From Blepharisma stoltei ATCC 30299 (lineage: Eukaryota; Protista; Ciliophora), in assembly GCA_965603825.1 (NCBI GenBank), contig CBFDEM010000056.1:907848-971847 (forward strand): DNA of 64,000 nt, read 5' to 3'. A program made the translations under genes and the position numbers. The notes under the pieces were generated by a model that did not search any database, was not told the origin of the DNA, and worked only from the letters and a program-made list of their open reading frames with translations. This document shows positions 49,800-62,129 of this stretch, in pieces (positions within the stretch are counted from its first letter, which is position 1; every line of letters begins with the position of its first letter).

Positions 49800-51881
49800 T
49801 TAAGCTCTCTGCTTAATTTGTTGAAGTAAAGGCAGCCAGGCTGGTTTGCTGTAAACGTCTTCGGATTTTTCTACATGAGAAATTAGCTTGGAATATGCTT
49901 GACCATCGGATTCGCCAATGACTGAGCCTAAAAAGGCATCTGGAGGCCCCAAAATGTCGATAATTCTAACACTGATATCTTTAAGCGCCTGACAAAGATA
50001 AAGCTCCGTGTCTCTGATTAGTTTGGCTTGTCCTGGATTTAAAGCGTATTCCACATAAATGCTCAAACTTTTTTCAATTCTTTCAACCACATATAAATAA
50101 AAAATATTTTTCACGGCATTTCCGGTACTTTGGCATTTTTCATATAATTTATCTACCATTTTTATCAACTGACTCGCAAAAATGTATTCACAATAAGCCT
50201 TAGCTATTTCTTGGATATAATGAACCTGAGAGTTATTCCAGACATCAGTTGCGTCTGTGTAAGCTGTGGAATTTTCTCTCAATGCAATAAAGGTCTGATT
50301 TATATAGTAATTCACTTTATATTCTAGCAGCTCTATTAGAAGCCTAGGATTTAATAAGGTTTCACGGTCATGAAAAGCAGCCTTATACGCTTTTAGGTGC
50401 TCGAAGTCAACATCAAGGTACTGCAGATCAGGGTTGGTTATTTTGTTGCCTTTAAATACATGCTGGACTTGTTTTAGGATAACTTTTCCACATTGCTGAA
50501 GCAAAATCATGTTGTCACCTTCCCAAGTTGGGTGACAGTCTTGCTCATTTCTGATATTTCCTAAGGCAGAGCAAGCAAGAAATCCATGCCCACCACAAGC
50601 TTCTCTGCAGTCTTGCAATGCTGCTGTGCCATACATTGTAGAAATACTTTTCATGCAGGAGAGCATGGCGTGATATTCATTAAGCTCATTGCATTCTGGA
50701 TCAACGCTTGCTTTAGCCTTAACTGAAGAATAAAGGGCCCAGAGATATTCGACACCTGCCTGTATTGCAAACATTTTAGCGAGATGGGGGATTAGTCTAA
50801 AGTAATGGCTTTGATAGTCAAGAAGTGAGCTTTCAGTGCCATCTTTTTTACCAAACTGTTTTCTCAATGCACCATAACGTAAGGCAATAGTTAGACCTTT
50901 TCTTATATGCACTTCAGTTCCTCCTACAACTGTGATTCTTCCTCTGATAATCCCTGATATTATAATCCCAAGCCTTTTTTCTTTACTTTTGACTGAGCTT
51001 TTGAATTTTCCTTCAGGTGTTATTGAGCTCAACTTGTCTAATAAGCTGTCATAAGGGACCCTACAATTTTTAAATATCAAAAATCCATTATCAATACCAT
51101 TTAAAGCAGTTTTTAAGCCTACATCGCCAATTATGATTCCAGGCATAGGGTCATGAGTTACGCTGTCTCTTATTTTTATAGCGAAAACGTGGACTCCTCT
51201 ATCTATGTTGTCGACAATTAGTCTGGCGAATAAGGCAGTCATATTAGAAGTTTTCCCAACTCCTCCAACGAGTCATTTCACTGATGTAGCTGTTGGGCTA
51301 TTGATGATAAACTCTCTGGTAGAATGATCATAAGTAGCTATTGTTTCAACGCCTGGGACATTTGAGCCATGACCTATTTCTGTCATAGAAATCGACCCAA
51401 TGTCTTTTAGCGCGTAAGCTCTTTCTGCTAACTGAATATGCTTTTCAGTTCCAAATGACCTGATTGTATCCCCATACAGCAAAAGTGTAACGCTCATTTT
51501 GGTCGTTAACGCCAGCTCATATTCCGCTGTCGACCAAAAAAGCTCAAGCAGCTTATAAGGACTTTTAAAATCTTCTTGATAAGTCAACCCAGACTGAAAA
51601 TAAATCGCAGATATCTGCTGGACAATTCTCTCCCTTCTTTGGTCTAATGATAAATCAAGCTCTTTGAACTTGTCAAATAGAGGATTGCTCGTCATTATTG
51701 ACCTCATTCTTTTAAGGCCATCGGCGACTTTGCCAAAATAAATAGAAAACAGAAGGTCACTGTTCAGATTTTCAGTGCGCTTGCGGAAATTTGCAAGAGA
51801 ATCGTCATAAGCGACTTGAGGGAACTGGGATAAAAGGTGAGAATTAAGGAGAGACAGCCTTCTGTTTTCTTTCATTGACAT
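49800..51881 (-). CDS. ACOX: Peroxisomal acyl-CoA oxidase
   Basis: MTEIGHGSNV..ET.A, INSPTATSVKW(TGA)LVGG, NGIDNG, RKQFG, CREACGGHG, TWEGDN; N-terminal RLSLLNSHL is PTS2-like. Confidence 0.95.
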
Positions 51882-52047
51882 ATTTCAACAATGCAATGAC
51901 GCAATAATATGTCGATTGTGGCTAGTTTTTTTATAGTTAGATTATAGGTAAAAAGCCAGCTTATTCTATTTTAAAAACTAAAATTTGACATATAAAGCTG
52001 AGAATTTTCTTTATAAATAGGCATAGCCATTATGAAAATCTAGATAT

Positions 52048-53835
52048 TTAATTAACTTTTCTATGCAGATCTGCCAAAGGAAATATATCTTTTAAATCTA
52101 AATCAAATCTGTACACTATATATTTTGTCACAAAATAAATGCTTCTTCCCAATGCTAGTGAGTTTCCAGGACTCCATCAGTCGTCTTCAGGGATTTCTAC
52201 AGAATTTTTAATGACTCCTTTTACAGGGTCAATAAACAATGCCAATTTATTTTGGAAAATAATTATTTGGTCATGTGTATAAACCAGCAAGCATTTTCCT
52301 ACAGTCGGCAGCTTAATTTTTAGCATTGTAAAAACGTTGTTTAAATATGAATATTTCTCAATTGAGTCATGGCTTTGCCCGCCTCCAATATAAATATATC
52401 CTTTATATACACAAGCAGATGGAGAAGCTCTTGGAACAGTTAGATTACTGAGCGACTGTCAGGATTTGCTGCTCATGACTAATTTTTCGCATTCTCTTAA
52501 GCTATTACTCCCTTGTCCTCCGAAAACATAAATTATATCATTTAAACACACCATTGCGTGGCTATGTCTTGCAGTCTTCATTGATGGCCCAATACTGAGC
52601 TCTGATGTAGTTATATTGTAAATCCATGCCGTTTTTTTAGCAGCTGATTGGTATCCTCCTGTAATATAAAGCAGATTATTTGACACAACAGTCCATGCTG
52701 CTCCTTCTAAACAAGCTTCTTTTTTCACAATTGGCATTTTATCGATTTCGTCACTGGCAGGATTATATGTAGCCACTGCTTGGATTTCAGGTATTAAATA
52801 GAATAGTAAGGCTGGTAGCTTAAATTTGGTCGACCCTAAGGCTTCTATATCATTTGAGGATTTCATTTTGGTGATTTTCGGGATATTAGTTGCAAAATCA
52901 CTAAATGAAGCATTTACACTTGAGATAGGAGAAATAGTCTGGTCGGAGCCAAAATCGAGAGATTCTTGCTCGAATGAGGACAAAGTGCTGTTAGGTAATA
53001 AATTCTCAACTTTTGAATTTCTCCTAAAGCGTGGAGGAGATCTGTTGATTTTTGCAGTTGGGGTTTTTGAGCCGATAAAGCTTGGGATTCGACCTATTTT
53101 AGATTTTGTTGACTGAGGGGCAGGAATACTTGGCTCGTCAATATCATTGTCAGTAATTGATAGAGAAATGTGATACTTTTTATTAGATGTTTGGATCAGA
53201 GGAGATTCAGGACGACTCATCCCAATTGGGTTGATGTCGATATCAAAGACAAAATATTTTTCTATTAGGTTTTTCAGATTGAAATCTATAAAATCAGCAT
53301 TTTTGTTTATAAGCTGATATTTTTCCACTTCTTCGCTTGTTGTTAATTCGGATAGATACTTAGTCAGCTCATCAAAGTCAAAATTTCCTTTTTTAATTTC
53401 ATTTAACTCATTCTGCAGCTTTGACTTTACTATACCACATTGGTTTACTACCCTTTGAGTAAGTTCATCAGCAAAAGCCAATAAATCTGATTCAATTATT
53501 TTTACTGATTCTGTTATTAGCTGTATTGACAGACTTTGGAAATCATCAATTATTTTCAGCTCTTTTTCGAATTTTTGTTGTATTTCAATATTAATACTAT
53601 GCTTTTGAGACAGATCAGCAATTATTTGTGACTCTTCGGCTTTGACTTTTTCAAAATTCACGGCCAAAACGGAAGTAAGGTGGCTCTGGCTTAAAGGCAC
53701 TGGTTTGTGCTGGCCTGAAGGATCAGAAATGAGATGCTTTCCTATACAAGAGCTGCACAATACTATTTTTTTACAAAAGCACACAAGTTCGCTTTCCTCA
53801 GTGTTACATAATTGGCAAAGCTTTTCTGTGAACAT
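52048..53835 (-). CDS. B-box-like zinc finger + coiled-coil + Kelch-repeat protein
   Basis: CQLC..CFC..LCSSCIGKH; Kelch repeats YITGG, YVFGG and YIGGG; frame continues via TGAs to TAA at 52048. Confidence 0.88.
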
Positions 53836-54145
53836 AAGCAAATTATTATAATATTAGAAAAAATAAAAAATTAATGTCAAAAATTATTAAAAAGCTAAAA
53901 ATTTCAATATTATTTACAATTAAAAATATTTTGACACTACAATTGGGTTCTTATGATTTACCTTATTATTTATAAAAAGTTTTTAGTTAAATAAAGTCAC
54001 TATGATAAACCAGAGATATTAAAGATTTCCAATAAAAAGCACATAAATAAAACTAAAGCTATTTTATATAAAAATCAGCAGTAACTTTCTTTTTATATTG
54101 GCAATCATTATGATTTATTTGAGCAATTAAAAAGTTTATATAAAT

Positions 54146-54541
54146 ATGAAGAATATAGTAACTCGTTTTAAAAAGAGAGCCCAAACTTGCTGTATCTGCC
54201 TGAACTCAATAGAGTTCCAAGGCAAACTTGATACCTGCCAACACACATACTGCTACGACTGCATAATGCGCTGGTCTGAAGTAAATCTTACTTAGATTGA
54301 AAACACATGCCCTGTTTGCAAAAATAGATTTTCGTTTGTATCATTAATCCCTCATAGACTTAATTACAGATTCTCGAGGAAAAGGAAAAGCCAAGTCAAA
54401 ATTAAAGACGCAAATCAGCACATGAATTATACTCATGAAGCCTTGATTGCTACTTTAATGCATGCTGAAGAAAGCATTACTCAAGAATTCAGAGAATTAC
54501 TTAGAGAACTGTATGATTACTATAGAAAAGAGGCATCATAG
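54146..54541 (+). CDS. Small RING-HC (C3HC4) protein (intron 54281-54295); absent from the ORF track
   Basis: CCICLN..CQHTYCYDCIMRWSE|IENTCPVCK after removing GTAAATCTTACTTAG. Confidence 0.88.
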
Positions 54542-55055
54542 AGATTAGAGATCTTCGACACTTGGTTCATTCTCTGGTAGAGTAAATTTTTAATTAATTT
54601 TTTAAATTTTTCATACAAAATAGCATATCTTCTATTTAGCAAGAATTTTTATTGAAAGTTTTATAACAAAAATTGAAATTGAATTGAAGATTTAGATGCA
54701 GAAATATAGTATTAAACGATCCAAATTTTACTAATAATATATCAGATTCTTTAATGCACAACTGGGTGTAGTTTTAATAACTCATTTATATTCTAATTAC
54801 CTATTTCAGTGAGTATGTTTTACCTTCATTTTGATTTATTTTGCAAGATCATGAAAAATCACTTGATTTTTTAATCGTCATTGATAATTTTCTACATCTT
54901 GAGTTTATGAGTAGAATTAATTATAATGATAAATTCTTGATTCGTCATATTTTAATGCTTTTATAACAGCAAAACCTAATGAATTTTTGATGTCTGTTTC
55001 CAGTGTTAAAATAGTTAATTTATTTCTAATTTATAAAATTTTTTCTTGTTTAGCA

Positions 55056-56165
55056 CTATTCCTCAGCAATAATAGACAGACTGTATGGCGAGATATAATA
55101 TAAATACTCCACTTGTCTCTCTACATCAGTTTGGTCTAAAAACCAAGGCCTATCAATTCCAATTCCCTCAAATTTAAAATTTTTAACTTTTTCTTTCCAA
55201 TTTTTGGGAATTCCACTATAACCGTCCGCAGCTCCAATTAGTCCACCCACAATGGCTGCATTAGTATCTGTATCTCCTCCTAGTCTTAATATCCCAGTCA
55301 TTGCATCAAAGTAATTGCTTTCATTTCTCAGATGTCTAAAAGCATGGTCAAATGCAATTTTTGCTCTCCCAATCTTATGATCTGCTTTCATTGGCTGACT
55401 ATTTTCTATATCATCAAACCATTCTTTGGTTTCATATCTTCTTGCCATAGATTTAGCTTCATTATATGCCCTTACACGATCCCCTGGATATCTAAACAAA
55501 CTTACTATCGCTTTAATATAGCAAACTTGGGCGTCTTGTATTTCTAAATTTGAATGGGTCATTGAGCATTCCAATGAAACAGCCCTTCTTATCTCCTTAT
55601 CGTTTAAATTTCTACAAAATACAGCCATCGGGGTGCATTTCATAAAGCTTCCATTACTTTTGGATTTTTTATTAAGCTCTTTGGAGCTTGCTATAGAAAA
55701 CTTTGCGAATGCAGGGTTATCTTTGTAGACTTTAAGAGCATTTTTGGTGGTTTTCCCAATGTCAAAAGGACCTGTGCAGTATCATTCTTTGTAATATTTA
55801 GCGATAAGGTCAAGGTTGAATTTTCCATTTCCTTCATATAGGCCTCGAAGGAGGCACATAGCCAGTTCAGAGTCGTCAGTTACTTGTCCAGGGCCAACGC
55901 TAAATGGGCCGCCTCCTCTCATTTCTAAAGTCTCGCTTAGCATGCCTTCACTTATAGAATTCTCAAATTCTATATATGAGCCTAAAGAATCTCCAATAAA
56001 AGCACCAAATACACAGCCTAATGCTAAGTCTATTTGAGTTGATATTTCAGGTGGGAGGGATTGGATAGTGATATTCTGCACAGGCGTAGGAATGGAGTAG
56101 CTAGAGTAGCTTTCCAAAGTGGGATAGATTCCAAGATTGGGCTGATTCATATTTTTATAATTCAT
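55056..56165 (-). CDS. ADP-ribosylglycohydrolase (ARH/DraG family)
   Basis: GAFIGDSLG, TDDSE, W(TGA)YCTGPFDIG, SNGSFMK, MTH and GGDTDTNAAIVGGL. Confidence 0.93.
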
Positions 56166-56447
56166 CTATAGAATTATAATATCAAAAATAGAATTTTATA
56201 GCAAATCTATTAGGCTATTAGGGTTTTGAAGCAATTTTATCTTGAGTTTTTTTATAAAATTATTAATAAATATAAGATTTGTATCATAACTACATCTAAA
56301 ATTCAAAAGAATAGCTAGAAAGTTAGTTTATAATTATAAAAAATATTGTAGCCTATTGCATTTTACTATTATAAAAACTCCAGTAAAAATTATTTGTACT
56401 GTCTAAAAGAAAATCCTTTTAGCACCTCATTCAATTTATTCACATAA

Positions 56448-57641
56448 ATGGAAGGCTTAAATATACATCCTGAAGTCGCAGAACTTTATCCTGAGCTTCT
56501 AGAAATCAGAAGAGGGTTCCACAAAAATCCAGAACTATTATTCGAACTTCCCAAAACCAGCGCTTTTATAATAGAATATCTTCAGTCTTTAAATATTGAA
56601 GTACATACAGAAGTCGGGAAAATTGGAGTTGTAGGAGTTATCAGAGGAGAAGGCCCTTGCATTCTATTAAGAGCAGATATGGACGCTCTTCCTATAGAAG
56701 AGCTAAAAGAATCGGATTACAAGTCTTCTAATCCTGGAGCAATGCATGCCTGCGGCCATGATGCCCATATGGCAATGCTTTTAGTAGCTGCTAAAGTCAT
56801 TTCAAGGCATCGTGACAAGGTAAAAGGAAGCATAAAATTCATGTTCCAGCCAGCTGAAGAAGGCGGTCATGGTGCCAGATTTATGAGAGACGACCCTTTA
56901 TATCCTATCTTAGACTCAGAACCTCGCGTAGACGAAGTCTACGCAATCCACGTCGAACCTCAAATGAAATCAGGCGATTTCTTTTGTTCAGACAAATTTT
57001 CATCATCTTGCTGTGACGATTTTTCTATAGAAATCCATGGCAAAGGAGGTCATGGCTCAGCCCCATTCCTCTGTATAGACCCTGTTGTAATTGCTTCAGA
57101 GCTAGTTCTTGCATTACAAACCATTGTACCTCGGAATATTAATACCAAATACCAGTCAGTTATATCAGTTTGCTCTATAAAGGCAGGGGAAACTTATAAT
57201 GCGATCCCTGATTCTTGTATTTTGTTAGGGACTATAAGGACTTATGAAAAAGAGGTCAGAGAACAAATCATTCAGAGGGCTACTGAAATTTGTGAAGGAC
57301 TTGGGATAGCGAATAATACTAAGATCACTTTTAAAATAGACCCAGGCTATGGAGCGATAATTAATGACCCGAAATGCATAGAAAAATCAGTGGATACGTT
57401 TAAAAAAGTGTCACCTAATGCGGTTAGGTATATGGGGTATCCAATGTATGGAGAAGATTTCAGCTATTTAACTGATGTAAGACCAGGGTGCTTTATTGGG
57501 TTAGGGTGTAATCCTGGAGAGAGAGGAGCAGTGCTACATTCCCCGAATTTTAATATAGACGAAAGAGCTATGATGATAGGGTCTTCTTGGTTTATCCAGT
57601 TGATTAATGATCAATTGTGTAGCAATGAAGACTTAATTTAA
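56448..57641 (+). CDS. M20D amidohydrolase (hippurate/IAA-amino acid hydrolase-like)
   Basis: RRGFHKNPEL, RADMDALP, MHACGHDAH, FQPAEEG, GKGGHG, GEDFS and LHSP. Confidence 0.95.
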   Translation: MEGLNIHPEVAELYPELLEIRRGFHKNPELLFELPKTSAFIIEYLQSLNIEVHTEVGKIGVVGVIRGEGPCILLRADMDALPIEELKESDYKSSNPGAMHACGHDAHMAMLLVAAKVISRHRDKVKGSIKFMFQPAEEGGHGARFMRDDPLYPILDSEPRVDEVYAIHVEPQMKSGDFFCSDKFSSSCCDDFSIEIHGKGGHGSAPFLCIDPVVIASELVLALQTIVPRNINTKYQSVISVCSIKAGETYNAIPDSCILLGTIRTYEKEVREQIIQRATEICEGLGIANNTKITFKIDPGYGAIINDPKCIEKSVDTFKKVSPNAVRYMGYPMYGEDFSYLTDVRPGCFIGLGCNPGERGAVLHSPNFNIDERAMMIGSSWFIQLINDQLCSNEDLI

Positions 57642-57745
57642 ATTATAATGAGATTATTCATTTATTATGTAATAAGAAAAACTGATTAATGATAAATTGG
57701 TTAGCAATGAAGACTTAATTTGAATTATAATGAGATTATTCATTT
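57601..57745 (+). repeat. About 63-bp direct duplication of the amidohydrolase 3' end (57601-57663, 57683-57745)
   Basis: tgattaatgat.aattg.tagcaatgaagacttaattt.aattataatgagattattcattt occurs twice. Confidence 0.9.
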
Positions 57746-57827
57746 TAATAAAGACCACGATTTCCTTTTTATTATAACGAATTTACTATAAAATTGCCAT
57801 TTTTTGATGATTATTCCAAATACCTAA

Positions 57828-58895
<1,068 letters not shown>

Positions 58896-58982
58896 AAATA
58901 ATAGATAGTAGTTAAATTTACTTGAGCATAGCTAGCTTGACTAAAAATTTAGAAATTTATTTTGTATTGCAATAATAGAAGT

Positions 58983-59890
58983 ATGACAGAACTAACCTTA
59001 AGAAATAAATCAGCTGAGATTTTGAGCAGACCAAACAATTCAGAATTAGAGATGGATGCCATAGCAACTTTTTCAGCGCCTCAAATCAATCCTAATCTTT
59101 ATGGCCCACCACTAATGCAAGCTTGCCAAAATTATCTTAATGCTTATCAACAATGAACATATCTTTATTTTCTTAGAGAAGATAGCAATAGAAGTAATTT
59201 AATTATTTATAACACTGAAACTGAAACCCAAGAAATCAAAACCTTGCAGAATTGACAACCACAAAACTTTTCCACTTGCATAACTCAACAAGCTATTCTG
59301 TTTAGCTAATTCAGGATGATTTCATTTTACAGTGCTAATTTCTACAAATGGTGGAGTCGAATAAGCTGCCATCTGGAACTCCTTCTGAAGGATCATCATG
59401 CATCTATTTCAACAAAAGTGTCTATTGCTTTGGAGGATACAATGGAGGCAAGCTAGCTCTATCTAATAGATTTGATTTAGATGAGAATCGATAAATTGAA
59501 TTAACTCCAATGCTAAAAGTTGATTTCATATGCCATAGTATAATGATTAATGGGAATATTTTGATTTCAGGATATTTTAAAAGAAATCTTTTGTTATACT
59601 CAATTGATATTGACTCTTTCTCGATAATTCCTTATAAGTTTGCAGAATATAAAAGAAAGATCCTGATAAATGCAGAGAGTCTTTATTTGATTGAATGCCT
59701 TGGATCAATCTATAAAAGCGAATTTAGAAGTTACACGAATTGGAGACCAGTAAAAAAGCAGAAACCTATTGCACTATTTCTCAAGTGTATTGTTCATATA
59801 ATAAAGGGTTTATATACATTGGAATAGAAAGATCTAACTATTTCAAGTTCGATTTAAATGAAAAGAGATTGATTAAATTAACAACCTAAT
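58983..59890 (+). pseudogene. Decayed subtelomeric Kelch-repeat gene
   Basis: Kelch remnants (VYCFGGYNG, RFDLDENR*IELTPM, ILISG) with in-frame TAA/TAG and frameshifts that tiny introns do not fix. Confidence 0.75.
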
Positions 59891-60172
59891 GAAATGGTAA
59901 GTTAAAAATTATAATTAGTATCCTAGGAATTACCTGACAAGTTCTGCCTCTTTTTTGATTGGCTTAATTCTTGAAGAATTGAATTTGAAGCAAAATAAAA
60001 TTGTTTTTGTCAGAAATTCTTACTACTATTTATCTTCAAAATTGAATTGTGTCAATCCATTTTCGCCACTAAGCTCTTTGCTTTTTTAAATTGTTGTGCC
60101 TTTCTCGCAAATTGCAGTAAACAAACGGATTGGGTCTCTCCTTAACCCTAAATATTGATGTATGTTTAATTA

Positions 60173-61192
60173 TTAAGAATTTTTCTCAAGGACAAAATAC
60201 TGAAAAGTTGGCCATCTATCAACTTTACTTGTATCTATAACATCAAATAATTCTGTTATAAGCATCACATATATTGCATTTTTTTCTTCTTCATTTCTTT
60301 TAATTGCTCTTTGCAACGCTCCTTTTAAAAAATAAGCCTCAAGGTTTTTAAGTTCATTCATTATTTCAACTCTAATCTCTTCTGGGAGATTGTCAAAATA
60401 AAGTTCGTTATCGTCCAAATGGGGAAATGAAATAACCTTATACAAATCTGAAATTTCATTTAAAGCTCTTTGAATTTCTTCATAGCTTCTTCCGTATCAT
60501 GGAACTGTTATGCTTCTTTTTTCATCTTCTGTGATATAGCCCTTACGAAATGCGTTTTCTACAGTTGTATTTATAATCGCGCCAAATGAATTTATTATTG
60601 GTGAATTTTCTAATAAAATTTGTACTATTAATTGGCCTGAATTGGTAAGTTCTTTATGTCTGTTGCGAAGAAGGATAACCAAATCATCATGAGCAAGGCT
60701 ATAGGCTAAATTTTTAAAATCTGGGTCGCTTGAAGACGAAGGGATTGCATGATCTGGCGCACTAAGAGGTTGAGAAAGTCAATGAAATGCTGCTGAAGTA
60801 AACCCTATATGGACAGAGTTATTGGGCAAAATTTGATCATAAAATGAGCGACCAACAGTCAAGAAATATACATTTGGGAGCTTTAAATAGGATTCCTCAG
60901 ACTCCAAAATAGTTTTAAAAGTTTTTGTTCATTCATTCTCTGGCAAATCGTTGTGAATGACCAGAATTTGGTTGAAAGAATTCTCTCGAATTTTTGATAG
61001 AGCTCTTCTTAAAAAGACCATAGAATTATACCCCTCAGATGAGCCATAGTCAGCAATTACAATCTGCTCACTTGTAGAGCTTCTAGCATGTTCTAGACTC
61101 TCCATAAAAACATCTGATAGCTTCATCAACAGCGTCCTTTGGTAAAGGGACCCTTCGTTGTAACCATGGAGAGCATAGCCACCAGTTGACAT
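60173..61192 (-). CDS. SABATH-family SAM-dependent carboxyl methyltransferase (339 aa, intronless)
   Basis: One frame via three TGAs: YNEGSLYQ, IADYGSSEGYNS, HNDLPENEW, VGRSFYDQILP, AFHWLSQ, LRNRHKEL and TVPWYGRS. Confidence 0.92.
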
Positions 61193-61399
61193 TTATTAGT
61201 TTATTAGTATAAAATGATGCTTTATCAGCGATTATACGCTTTCTTTAGCTTATTTAAAACTTTTGACAATGATAATTTGAGCAATGCTAAATTTTCATTT
61301 TATTTCACCAACCGTAATAGTTAATAAAATTCATTATAAAAGGGTTTTTTAAAGTTTTATTTACAATAGCACCAATCGAGCACGTTGCTGATACATCTT

Positions 61400-61955
61400 C
61401 ATATAAAAACTGCATAATTAATCGTCCTGAGCTTATAAGCTCTTTATGACGATTATGAAGAAAGGTTACTAAATAATTATTTGCAAGGTTATAAGCTAGT
61501 CTTTAAAACTCTAGGTCAAGAAAGGAATAATATGATTAGTGCACTGAGCTGAGAGGTTAAAACAGCCAATGAAGTGCTTCTGAAGCAAACCCTATATGGA
61601 AAGAACTATTGGGTAAAATTTGGTCATAAAATGGGCAACCAACAGTTAAAAAATACATTTGGGAGCTTTAAATATGATTCTTCAGAATCCAAAATCGTTT
61701 TAAAATATTTTACTCATTCATTCTTTGGTAAATCGTTGTGAACGACTATAAATTTCTTGAATTTTTTTAAGCCTTCTTTAAAAGCATAGAATTATGCCCC
61801 TTTGGATGAGTTATAATCAGAATTTCAGTCTGCTCGCTTCTAGAGCTGCTACATCTTCTAGACTTCTCATAAAAAATCTATAGTTTCATCAGCAGCATTC
61901 TTCGATAAAGCGACCCTTTATTGCAACCTTGGAGAACACAGCCGCCTGTGGACAT
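61400..61955 (-). pseudogene. Decayed, 3'-truncated tandem copy of the SABATH methyltransferase
   Basis: ATGTCCACAGGCGGCTGT..GGGTCGCTTTATC.. parallels the intact start; colinear similarity (tttgggagctttaaata, aaatcgttgtgaa) with a TAG and frameshifts. Confidence 0.88.
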
Positions 61956-62129
61956 TTATCGTGAAAAATAAAAAATTAGTTAAAAAGTCAATGATTTAAT
62001 ACCTTCAAGATACTGTTTTCGTTCTTTAATTTATTAAATCATAATAAAATGATAAACAACAATTACTATCGTTGTAAGAACTGTAAATCTGACTAAAAGA
62101 GGTGTGAAAATCAAATATGCATTTGAAAA

